Below are positions 1-8,476 of a stretch of DNA of 60,824 bases, one piece after another (positions within the stretch are counted from its first letter, which is position 1; every line of letters begins with the position of its first letter). Source of the DNA: Planctomycetota bacterium. Lineage in GTDB: Bacteria; Planctomycetota; Phycisphaerae; Phycisphaerales; UBA1924. The stretch is taken from the NCBI GenBank assembly GCA_018242645.1, contig JAFEBN010000001.1:1-60824 (forward strand), written 5' to 3'. The notes beneath the pieces are model-generated. The model did no database searches, was not told the DNA's origin, and saw only the letters and a program-made list of their open reading frames with translations. Position numbers and translations under genes: made by a program.

Positions 1-266
1 ATGGCAAGCGTGACCCACGGCGGCGGGAAGCTCTCGGTCGGGCGATGGATGTACCACTCGTGGACGTGCTCGAAGAAGAAGATCGCCCAGAACAGACCAA
101 TGAAAAGACCCAGGCCCCGGCCCAGCCAGCGAAGCACGAGGGTGCCCGCGTGTCCCGCCCCACCCCCACCCCCACCCCCACCCGCATCTCCATCGCCCTT
201 GCCGACCCGCGCTTGCCTCGTTTCTGCAAAGTCCGCTGTGCTCGAACTGCTGGAAATCGCCTGCAT
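1..266 (-). CDS. Partial CDS (N-terminal part, runs off window start): small membrane protein with a poly-Gly tract
   Basis: ATG at 266-264 lies 5 nt downstream of GGGAGG (complement of 272-277). The frame stays open to position 1. Translation MQAISSSSSTADFAETRQARVGKGDGDAGGGGGGGGAGHAGTLVLRWLGRGLGLFIGLFWAIFFFEHVHEWYIHRP has one hydrophobic helix and G/C-rich third codon positions. It is not in the ORF track because no stop falls in the window. No family recognised. Confidence 0.45.
   Translation of the reverse strand, partial: MQAISSSSSTADFAETRQARVGKGDGDAGGGGGGGGAGHAGTLVLRWLGRGLGLFIGLFWAIFFFEHVHEWYIHRPTESFPPPWVTLA
157..183. repeat. Hexanucleotide microsatellite (CCCCCA)x3, plus one imperfect unit and a partial flank
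   Basis: Read directly: gcccca ccccca ccccca ccccca ccc. It is in frame with the minus-strand partial CDS, where it encodes the GGGGGGGG run. Confidence 0.8.
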
Positions 267-343
267 GGGTGCCTCCCTGATTGTTAGCATACACTAACTC
301 TATCGGACCGGCAAGGTTTTTCTTTCGCGGTTCCTGCTAGATT

Positions 344-1687
344 TTGAGTGTGACTGTTTCTCACTGGCGACGCTCGTTCCGTCCCATCCCCGCTCCCGCC
401 ACGGTTCTCAGTTCTTCTCCTCGCACGCTGGAGGTGGATGTCTGCGTTGTCGGGTCGGGTGTGTGCGGCATCTCCGCCGGCCTGGCGCTGCAGGCCAGGC
501 ATCAACGCTTCGTCATCCTGGAGCGTCATGCCCTGGCTTCCGGAGCCTCGTCACGAAACGCCGGTTTTCTGATGCGCGGGGCGGCATGCCACTACGCGGA
601 AGCGATCGACCTGTACGGCCGCGAGCAGGCTCAGGAGCTCTGGCGGTTTACGGAAGCCAACCTTGAGGGATTGCGGCGCGAGGGGTGCGAATCCCTGGCG
701 AGCTACCGACGTGTGCCCTCGATGCTGCTTGCGCTCAAGGGCGGCGGCGACGACGAGCCGTGGCGGCCGAGCGCCGAGTATTCGGCAGCGAACCGCGCCG
801 GGCTGGAGCGGTCGCGCGATCTGATGAAAGAGGACGGGCTGGAGGTCGGTTGGTTGGAGCCGGCCGATCAGAGCGCGCCGGGCGACAGCGCGTGGCGATC
901 GGGGATGATTTCCTGCGCGCTTGTCAACCCGTCGGACGCGAGCGTGAACTCGTACGAACTCATGCAGACGCTGGCCGGAAAGTTGAAAACGTCCGCACAT
1001 CCGGGCTTGCCATCGCCGGTGATTGAGAACCAGGAAGTGTTCGCGCTCGAGCGGGCAGAACACGACAAAGTCGTTGTGCGCACCGCCGACTTTTCGGTGC
1101 GGTGCGAGAAAGTGCTCGTGTGCACGAACGCGTACGTATCGCTGCTGTTTCCGGCGTTTGAAGAGATTGTGCTGCCGCGGCGGGGCCAGATGCTGGGGCT
1201 GGCGCCGCAGGGGCGGCGGCTCGCTGCGTCGTATTACTGCAACGACGGGAGCGAGTATTTCCGGCAGGCGGCCGACGGCACGATTGTCGTTGGCGGCTGC
1301 CGCACCTATTTCGCGGAAGAAGAGGTTGGCTTTGAGGATCGTGTGACGGCGCGCGTGCAGGATGCGCTGGAGCGATTCGCGCGGGCCATGCTGGGCTATG
1401 AGGCGAACGAAGAACTCCCGATCACGTCGCGCTGGGCGGGGACGATGGGGTTCTCGCCGGACGGGCTGCCCCTGATCGGGCCCGTTGCACTCGGGGAAGG
1501 CGGCACAGACGACCGCTCGCTCACGCGAAAGGCCTCCCTCCACAGCACCAACTCGCCCGTGTGGTTTTGCGGCGGGTTCACCGGGCACGGCATGTCGATG
1601 GGGTACAAGGCGGCGCACGCCGCCGTTGACGCCATGCTGCAGGGCAGCCGGCCACCCTTTCCGCTTTCGCGGCTTGCGGCGAGTTGA
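344..1687 (+). CDS. FAD-dependent oxidoreductase (DAO / glycine-D-amino-acid oxidase-like family)
   Basis: N-terminal Rossmann dinucleotide motif VDVCVVGSGVCGISAGLAL. The C-terminal GGFTGHGMSMG block is typical of DAO-family flavoenzymes. Start is uncertain: TTG at 344, GTG at 350 or GTG at 434. Confidence 0.75.
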   Translation: MSVTVSHWRRSFRPIPAPATVLSSSPRTLEVDVCVVGSGVCGISAGLALQARHQRFVILERHALASGASSRNAGFLMRGAACHYAEAIDLYGREQAQELWRFTEANLEGLRREGCESLASYRRVPSMLLALKGGGDDEPWRPSAEYSAANRAGLERSRDLMKEDGLEVGWLEPADQSAPGDSAWRSGMISCALVNPSDASVNSYELMQTLAGKLKTSAHPGLPSPVIENQEVFALERAEHDKVVVRTADFSVRCEKVLVCTNAYVSLLFPAFEEIVLPRRGQMLGLAPQGRRLAASYYCNDGSEYFRQAADGTIVVGGCRTYFAEEEVGFEDRVTARVQDALERFARAMLGYEANEELPITSRWAGTMGFSPDGLPLIGPVALGEGGTDDRSLTRKASLHSTNSPVWFCGGFTGHGMSMGYKAAHAAVDAMLQGSRPPFPLSRLAAS

Positions 1688-2473
1688 TCAGGTCTTCGCG
1701 GCGGTGACCGACGCGGCCTTGACAATCTGGGCGAATTCGGGAGCCTTGAGCGATGCGCCGCCGATCAGGCCGCCGTCGATGTCGGGCTGGCGGAAGAGCT
1801 CTTCGGCATTGGCACCCTTCACGCTACCGCCATAAATGATGCGGGTGCGCTGCGCAACATCGGTGTTGTACATCTGCGCGAGGAGCTTGCGGAGCTTGCC
1901 GTGAACATCCTGGGCGTCTTCAGGGGTCGCGGTTTTGCCGGTACCGATAGCCCAGACGGGTTCATACGCGATGACGATGCGCTCAAATGCGTCCGCCGAG
2001 ACATCCGCCAGGCCGGTGCGGAGCTGGCGCTGGTTGACCGGGTCGGTATGGCCGGACTCGCGCTGGTCCAGCGTTTCGCCGATGCAAAGAATGGCGATGA
2101 GACCGGCATCGACCACGGCGCGGAGCTTGGTGTTGATCATTTCGTCGCTCTCGCCGATGACGTGGCGGCGTTCGCTGTGACCGACGAGCACGGTCTGCAC
2201 GCCGCAGTCTTTGAGCATGTCGAGGGACACTTCACCGGTGAAAGCCCCGTCGGGCTTGTGATAGCAGTCCTGGGCGCCGAGTTTGATCGAGCTGCCGCGG
2301 TCGCGGAGGATGGAGCGGACGGAGAGGAGGTAGGGAAAAGGCGGGAAGATCGCGATCTCGGCGTTGTTGACGCTGGAGAGCGCATCGATGACGCCGCGGG
2401 TGAGGTCCGCGGAGGTCGTCCGATTGGTGTTCATCTTCCAATTGCCGCCGACGAAGGGCTTTCGCTCCCGCAC
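1688..2473 (-). CDS. tpiA: Triose-phosphate isomerase
   Basis: RKPFVGGNWKMN N-terminal signature, HSERR and AYEPVWAIGTG motifs. I place the start at GTG (2473-2471) directly before RERKPFVGGNWKMN. The 360-aa track ORF is an Arg-rich upstream over-extension. Confidence 0.93.
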   Translation of the reverse strand: MRERKPFVGGNWKMNTNRTTSADLTRGVIDALSSVNNAEIAIFPPFPYLLSVRSILRDRGSSIKLGAQDCYHKPDGAFTGEVSLDMLKDCGVQTVLVGHSERRHVIGESDEMINTKLRAVVDAGLIAILCIGETLDQRESGHTDPVNQRQLRTGLADVSADAFERIVIAYEPVWAIGTGKTATPEDAQDVHGKLRKLLAQMYNTDVAQRTRIIYGGSVKGANAEELFRQPDIDGGLIGGASLKAPEFAQIVKAASVTAAKT

Positions 2474-2684
2474 GCTCGCGCTCCTGCAAAGTACCGACCG
2501 GGCTGTTCGAGCCGGAAGGGCCCGAAAACCGGGAGGATACCCCGTTCGGCGGCGTCGCGTTGGCCGAGGGCGAAGACGAATAGCGCACGGATTTCTGCGG
2601 TCTTTCCGGACTTTCTTGCAAATCCATTGCACACAACGGGCGTTCCTGCGAAGATGTGCTCGGGTGGTTTCGTCAGGAGGAACC

Positions 2685-4526
2685 ATGAGCGATGTTCGAT
2701 GTGTGCGTCGCGCCGCCTCGGCGCTGGTGGTGATTCTCGCTTCGCACGGGCTGGCGGCCCCGGCCGTCAATGACGAGCCGAGCGCTCTGCGGGTCGATTC
2801 CGCTCAGGCGCTTGGAGGGTTTGAGGCGGGTTCGGGCATCGTGTCGCGGGAGGCCCTGGAGGCGGTTCCGCTTTTTCACCCATCCCAAATCCTGGTGAAG
2901 TTTGACGCGTTTGTGGATCGCGCGGCGCAGAGCGACGCGCTCGCCGCCGCGGGCGCTGGCGAGACCATCCGCTCGATCGCGCTGGTGCCGGGGTTGAAAG
3001 TTGTCCGTGTGCAGCCCGGGTCCGTCGAAGCGGTGTGCGCAGCCCTCAATTCGATGCCGGGCGTGGCGTATGCCTCGCCGGATTACGTGCGTCGCGCCCT
3101 GGCCCAGTCGATTCCCTACGGCATCAACCTTGTGAAGGCGACCAACTCATGGCCGCAGTTCGGAAAGGGTCAGGGCGCGAAGGTGGCGGTACTGGATACC
3201 GGGGTCGATCTCGGACACCCGGACCTGCCCACACCCCTCGCAACGGCATCGTTCGTGCCGGGCGTGACGGTGGACGATTTCAATCAGCACGGCACGCACT
3301 GCTCCGGCACGGTACTGGCGATTGACAACACCGAAGGCGTGGTGGGTGTGGCGCCGCAGGCATCGCTGATCATCGGAAAGGTGCTCAACAACGGCGGCTA
3401 CGGACTGGATAGCTGGATCGCTTCCGGGATCGACTGGGCGGTAACGCAGGGCGCCGATGTGATCAGCATGTCGCTGGGCGGCGACACCACCGACCAGGCG
3501 CTGCAAGATGCCTGCCTCAACGCGTTCAACGCCGGCGTGCTTGTGGTGGCGTCGGCGGGCAACGATGCATCTTCCACGCCCAACTATCCGGCCTCGTATC
3601 CGGGAGTGATGTCGATCTCGGCGGTGGATTCCTCCTCGCAGCTGGCAAGCTTCTCGAGCTTCGGCCCCCTGGTGTCGGTGACCGCGCCCGGCGTCTCGGT
3701 TTCATCGACCACCCCCACTGTCTCGACCACGGTGAACTTTTCAAGCGTGACGCGCAGCGCCCGGAACTTTGATGGTTCGCGTGGCGGCTCGCTCACCGGT
3801 CAGGTTGTCTACTGCGGATTCGGCAGCACGTCGGCGGATTTCCCCGCGGAAGTGTCGGGTCGCATCGCTCACATCCGCCGCGGCAACAACATCACGTTCC
3901 AGGTAAAAGCCCAGAACGCGGTCAACGCCGGCGCCATCGGGGTGATCATCTCGAACAACACCGGCGGCACGGCGCAGTTCACCGGCTCGCTGAATGACAC
4001 CTTCCTGGTGCCCGTGGTCTCCATCAGTCAAAATGACGGCAACGCGCTGCAGGCACTGACCCTCCCCACCGCCACGATCAACCAGGCCATCACCGCGCAC
4101 ACGTATGCGTCCCTCAGCGGCACATCGATGTCGTGCCCGCACACATCGGGCGCTGCGGCGATGGTGATCGGCCTGTTCAAGTCCAAGTCGCAGCCCGCGC
4201 CGCTCCCTCCGGGGAGCCTCCGCTGGATCATCGAGCGGACCGCGGTTGATCTCGGTGGCGACGGGCGCGACGACCTCTTTGGCTGGGGCCTCGTCGACGT
4301 GCAGGCGGCCTCGAAGTATCTCTACGGGCGTGCGATCTGCCGCGGCGACCTCAACGGCGACGGCATGGTCGATGACGCGGACTTTGTGCAGTTCGTCTCG
4401 TTCTATAACGAACTGTTGACCCCCGGCGGCGCCTGGACCGGCGGCGATCTGAACGGCGACGATTCCACCGACGACCTGGACTTCGTGGTCTTTGCTTCGA
4501 GCTACGACGCACTACTCTGTTCTTGA
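2685..4526 (+). CDS. Secreted subtilisin-like serine protease (S8) with PA-domain insert and C-terminal dockerin-like tail, paralogue 1
   Basis: ATG 2685 follows AGGAGG. Signal peptide MSDVRCVRRAASALVVILASHGLAAP and an I9-like propeptide (ILVKFDAF...). Triad motifs VAVLDTGVD, HGTHCSGT and GTSMSCPH. PA-like insert (GRIAHIRRG...AGAIGVIISNN). The tail begins CRGDLNGDGMVDDADF. Confidence 0.9.
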   Translation: MSDVRCVRRAASALVVILASHGLAAPAVNDEPSALRVDSAQALGGFEAGSGIVSREALEAVPLFHPSQILVKFDAFVDRAAQSDALAAAGAGETIRSIALVPGLKVVRVQPGSVEAVCAALNSMPGVAYASPDYVRRALAQSIPYGINLVKATNSWPQFGKGQGAKVAVLDTGVDLGHPDLPTPLATASFVPGVTVDDFNQHGTHCSGTVLAIDNTEGVVGVAPQASLIIGKVLNNGGYGLDSWIASGIDWAVTQGADVISMSLGGDTTDQALQDACLNAFNAGVLVVASAGNDASSTPNYPASYPGVMSISAVDSSSQLASFSSFGPLVSVTAPGVSVSSTTPTVSTTVNFSSVTRSARNFDGSRGGSLTGQVVYCGFGSTSADFPAEVSGRIAHIRRGNNITFQVKAQNAVNAGAIGVIISNNTGGTAQFTGSLNDTFLVPVVSISQNDGNALQALTLPTATINQAITAHTYASLSGTSMSCPHTSGAAAMVIGLFKSKSQPAPLPPGSLRWIIERTAVDLGGDGRDDLFGWGLVDVQAASKYLYGRAICRGDLNGDGMVDDADFVQFVSFYNELLTPGGAWTGGDLNGDDSTDDLDFVVFASSYDALLCS

Positions 4527-4573
4527 TGGGCGGCGGGTTTTTCTTCCCAAGTGAGCGTGCGGGAGTGTGCAGA

Positions 4574-6388
4574 ATGAGGATTCTTTCGAGTGGCGCCCTG
4601 TCGCTGGCGGTTGTTGCCGGCAGCGCCCACGCGCAGGTTGTGAGCGTGGTGCCCTCGTCGCGCGACAACGTGTTCGACGGTTACGCGCCGGGCATGGGCA
4701 TCGCCTCGCTGGATCGCACGCGCGCGGTACCGGCGTTCAACCCGTCGTACATCGCGGTCAAACTCACGCCCCACGCGGACCGGAGCGGGGTGAACTCGGC
4801 GCTGGCCCGCGCCGGTGCCCAGGAAGTCACCCGGTCCTTTGCGCTCGTGCCCGAGTGGCGGATCATCCGCGTTGCAGACGACGGCGCCGAAGCCGCCGTC
4901 GCGGCGCTCTCCGGTCAGCCGGGGATCGCCCGTGCGCAGCTCCTGACGATCTACACGCTCGATACGCAGGAGACCCCCTACGGGATTTCGATGGTCAACG
5001 CCACCTCGGCCTGGACGCGGCTCGCGTCGCAAGGAACGGGCGCGCGCGTCGCGGTTGTCGACAGCGGCGTGGACCTGTCGCATCCGGACCTGCCGGTGCC
5101 CGTCGCGGCACAGTCTTTTGTGCCGGGGCAGACGGTCGACGACTTCCGGCAGCACGGCAGCCACGTGACCGGAACCGTCCTTGCGGTCGACAACGACCTG
5201 GGCGTGGTGGGCGTGGCGCCCACGGCGCAGCTCATCACCGCCAAGGCCTTCTCCTCCAGCGGCTTTGCCGATTCGAGCTGGACCGTCGCGGCGATCGACT
5301 GGGCCGTTTCGCAGGGCGTCGACGTCATCAGCATGTCGTTCTCGAGCAGCTCCTACGACGCCTTGCTCGAGGATGCGGTAGACGCGGCGCTTGCCGCGGG
5401 CGCCTTGCCGGTCGTGGCCGCAGGCAACACCAACGCCGGCACACCACGCTACCCCGCATGGTTTGATTCCGCCATGAGCGTCGCGGCGGTGGACGCGCTG
5501 AAGGCCAAGGCATCGTTCAGCAGTTTCGGGCCAAAGGTCTCCGTCACCGCGCCGGGCGTAGGCGTGAACTCGACTGTTCCGGTCGTCGGGAACTCGGTGA
5601 CGTGGAATTCGGTGACGCACGCCGCCGCACAGCTCACGGGTAGTTTCGGCGGCAACAAGACCGGCACCATCTGGTACGGCGGCTTGGGCCTTGCGTCGGG
5701 CGATTTCCCGCCCCAGGTCGCCGGCAACATCGCGCACGTGCGCCGCGGCACCATTGCTCTTGGTACCAAGGTGGCCAACGCGGTCGCCGCCGGCGCCGCC
5801 GGTGTGATCATTTCCAACAACACCGTGGGAGGCACCGCCTTCACCGCCGATCTGCTCAACAACTTCCTGGTACCGGTTGTCTCGGTCTCAACCGCAGACG
5901 GCGACGATCTGATCGCCAACCCGGGAATCAGCGGCGCGATCTCGCAGTTCAATAACGGCCATACGTATCTTCTGAACAACGGCACATCGATGTCGACCCC
6001 GCACGTCTCGGGCTGCGCCGCCCTGCTGTTCGGCAAGTTCAAGCCGTTGACAGGCGCCGCCGGGCTCCCTCCGCTCACAGTTCGCTGGGTGCTCGAGCAC
6101 ACGGCCGAAGACCTCGGAACGGCCGGACGGGACGACATTTTCGGATGGGGTCTGGTGAACGTTGATGCCGCGGCGGCGTACCTGGCGGGGCGAATCATCT
6201 GCGCGGGCGACCTGAACGCCGACGGAATCGTCGAGGACACGGACTTTGTCCAGTTCGCCGGCGACTACGACCAGCTCGTTTCCCCCGGCGGCGCCTGGAC
6301 CGGAAGCGACTTCAACGGCGACGGCCTGACAGATGATTCCGATTTCGTGCTCTTCGCAGGGTCGTACGACCTGCTTGTCTGTCCGTAA
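4574..6388 (+). CDS. Secreted S8 serine protease with PA insert and dockerin-like tail, paralogue 2
   Basis: ATG 4574 follows GGGAGT. Signal peptide MRILSSGALSLAVVAGSAHAQ. Triad motifs VAVVDSGVD, HGSHVTGT and GTSMSTPH. Domain order matches paralogue 1. Confidence 0.9.
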   Translation: MRILSSGALSLAVVAGSAHAQVVSVVPSSRDNVFDGYAPGMGIASLDRTRAVPAFNPSYIAVKLTPHADRSGVNSALARAGAQEVTRSFALVPEWRIIRVADDGAEAAVAALSGQPGIARAQLLTIYTLDTQETPYGISMVNATSAWTRLASQGTGARVAVVDSGVDLSHPDLPVPVAAQSFVPGQTVDDFRQHGSHVTGTVLAVDNDLGVVGVAPTAQLITAKAFSSSGFADSSWTVAAIDWAVSQGVDVISMSFSSSSYDALLEDAVDAALAAGALPVVAAGNTNAGTPRYPAWFDSAMSVAAVDALKAKASFSSFGPKVSVTAPGVGVNSTVPVVGNSVTWNSVTHAAAQLTGSFGGNKTGTIWYGGLGLASGDFPPQVAGNIAHVRRGTIALGTKVANAVAAGAAGVIISNNTVGGTAFTADLLNNFLVPVVSVSTADGDDLIANPGISGAISQFNNGHTYLLNNGTSMSTPHVSGCAALLFGKFKPLTGAAGLPPLTVRWVLEHTAEDLGTAGRDDIFGWGLVNVDAAAAYLAGRIICAGDLNADGIVEDTDFVQFAGDYDQLVSPGGAWTGSDFNGDGLTDDSDFVLFAGSYDLLVCP

Positions 6389-6440
6389 TTCGATGGCCGC
6401 GTGACGGGCCCGAAAGCTCGTCGCCGGATGGGAGTCAGAA

Positions 6441-8285
6441 ATGCGAAAGTCAGACTATCTGGTGGTATGCGGCTCGCTGGTTGCCGCGGGTGCGGCGCTT
6501 GCCGGGGCGCCCGGTCCGACGCAGCCCAGCGCGATCCTGCGGTCTTCCGCCCAAGCGGTCAACGGGTTTGTCGCGGGCGCAGGGTTGGCGCCGGTGCGAC
6601 CGGAGTTTCCAAACGGCCAGCATCCCACGCGGCTCATGGTCCGTTTCGATCCGTTTCAGGATCGCGATGCGACGGCGGAAGCCCGCACCCTATCCGAGGC
6701 CGGTGTGCGCCGCGTGGTGGAGCAGATCGACATCGTGCCGGGGCTGATGATCGTCGAGACGGACGACGGCCGCGTCGATGAAGTCGTCGCGAAACTGCAG
6801 AAAAAAGCCGGCGTGCTCTACGCCACCCCCGACCGCGAAGTGCAGGCCGAGGCGCAGTCCACACCCTACGGCATCTCGCTGATCGGCGCCGACATGGTCT
6901 GGCCATCCTGGGGCAAGGGCGCGGGCGCGAAAGTCGCCGTGCTCGACACCGGCGTGGACACCGGGCATCCCGACCTTCCCGTTGCGATGACCTCGAGCTT
7001 TGTCCCAGGCGAAACCGTCGAAGATTTCAACTTGCACGGCACGCACTGTTCGGGCACGGTGCTCGCGCTCGACAACACCGACGGCGTGGTAGGCGTGGCG
7101 CCCCAAGCCCAGCTCATGATCGGCAAGGTGCTCGCCAACAGCGGCAGCGGCGCGTGGAGCTACCTCATTTCTGGCATCAACTGGGCCGTGCTCAACGATG
7201 CGAAGGTCATCAGCATGTCGCTGTCGGGCTCTTCGGGCGATCCCTCGCTCAAGGCGGCCTGCGATGCGGCGGTCGCAAACGGCGTGGTCGTGGTTGCCGC
7301 GGCGGGCAACCAGGCATCGGGCACGCCGCGTTATCCCTCGGGCTATACCTCCGTCATGGCCATCTCCGCCGTCGACTCCGGGAGCAACTTTGCGTCGTTC
7401 TCGAACTACGGCTCGCACATCTCGATCGCCGCTCCGGGCGTGAGCGTGCAATCCAGCATCCCCGTGGTGACCTGGAGCGCCAAATGGCTCAATGCCGACC
7501 ACGAGGCAAACCCGATGACCGGCAGCGTGACCCGCGCCGTGACGGCTCCGGTCGTCTACTGCGGCTTCGGTGAGAATGCCGCGGCATTTCCCGCCGGCGT
7601 GAGCGGAAAAATCGCCCACATCCGGCGCGGCTCACCCAACGCCAACTCCGTCTCGTTCAACACCAAGGCGACCAACGCCCTCAACGCCGGCGCCATCGGC
7701 GTCATCATCTCCAACAACACGACCGGATCGCTCGGCGGCACGCTCAACGTCAGCACGACCTTCGCCATCCCCGTCGTCGGCTGCTTGCAGACGGATGGCG
7801 ACAATCTGCTCGCGAACAACGGCACGACGGTCTCCCTCTATCAGTACAACAACGGTCACACCTACGCCAACTTCGACGGCACATCGATGGCAACGCCTCA
7901 TGTCGCGGGCGCTGCCGGACTGCTGCTGGGCGACTTCGTCCCTTCGGGTGGAAAGCCCGCGATTCCGCCCGCGACCACACGCTGGGTGCTCGAGCGGACG
8001 GCAACAGACACCGGCACGGCCGGCAAGGATGACTTCTTCGGCTGGGGCGTCCTGAACGTGCGAAAGGCGGCCGAATACCTGCACGGTCGAATCCGCTGCC
8101 CGGGCGATCTGGTCTACGACGGCTTCGTGGACGACGCCGACTTCGCCGCGTTCGCCGGGTTCTACGACGCTCTGGTCGCGCCGGGCGGGGCCTATACCGG
8201 TGGCGATTTCGACGGTGATGGCCAGACTGGCGACGCCGACTTCGTGATATTCGTCGGGTCGTACAACGATCTCCTGTGCCCGTAG
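6441..8285 (+). CDS. Secreted S8 serine protease with PA insert and dockerin-like tail, paralogue 3
   Basis: ATG 6441 follows GGGAGT. Signal peptide MRKSDYLVVCGSLVAAGAALAGA. Triad motifs VAVLDTGVD, HGTHCSGT and GTSMATPH. Domain order matches paralogues 1 and 2. Confidence 0.9.
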   Translation: MRKSDYLVVCGSLVAAGAALAGAPGPTQPSAILRSSAQAVNGFVAGAGLAPVRPEFPNGQHPTRLMVRFDPFQDRDATAEARTLSEAGVRRVVEQIDIVPGLMIVETDDGRVDEVVAKLQKKAGVLYATPDREVQAEAQSTPYGISLIGADMVWPSWGKGAGAKVAVLDTGVDTGHPDLPVAMTSSFVPGETVEDFNLHGTHCSGTVLALDNTDGVVGVAPQAQLMIGKVLANSGSGAWSYLISGINWAVLNDAKVISMSLSGSSGDPSLKAACDAAVANGVVVVAAAGNQASGTPRYPSGYTSVMAISAVDSGSNFASFSNYGSHISIAAPGVSVQSSIPVVTWSAKWLNADHEANPMTGSVTRAVTAPVVYCGFGENAAAFPAGVSGKIAHIRRGSPNANSVSFNTKATNALNAGAIGVIISNNTTGSLGGTLNVSTTFAIPVVGCLQTDGDNLLANNGTTVSLYQYNNGHTYANFDGTSMATPHVAGAAGLLLGDFVPSGGKPAIPPATTRWVLERTATDTGTAGKDDFFGWGVLNVRKAAEYLHGRIRCPGDLVYDGFVDDADFAAFAGFYDALVAPGGAYTGGDFDGDGQTGDADFVIFVGSYNDLLCP

Positions 8286-8312
8286 TCCCTTCCGCGCCGT
8301 TGTTGCGCGATC

Positions 8313-8355
8313 CATCGCTCCCGAACATCCGGTTGGGGAGCGATGTTTCGTTTTT
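8313..8355 (+). terminator. Intrinsic terminator after the third S8 gene
   Basis: Perfect 10-bp stem CATCGCTCCC (8313-8322) / GGGAGCGATG (8336-8345) with a 13-nt loop, followed by TTTCGTTTTT (8346-8355). Confidence 0.7.
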
Positions 8356-8476
8356 GCGACAGCTCGCGAGCCCGGCTTCAGGACGCTTGTTGCACCGCCG
8401 ATAAGCGACAACCGGTGGAAGCCCGTCGGCCGCGAAAGGCCGCCGGGGGTTGCCGCGCCCGCACCGAGAGATTGCC

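Noticed and set aside
1-297. 98-aa plus-strand ORF starting at position 1, with a PPPPPPPP run
   Set aside because: It has a Pro/Arg/Ser-rich composition and no SD context. The opposite strand has a GGGAGG-ATG start and a plausible TM helix, so the poly-Pro run is the shadow of a poly-Gly tract.
2685-8285. Possibility that the three S8 genes are an assembly duplication artefact
   Set aside because: The copies differ at many nucleotide and amino-acid positions, including within conserved motifs. They also have different lengths (613, 604 and 614 aa).
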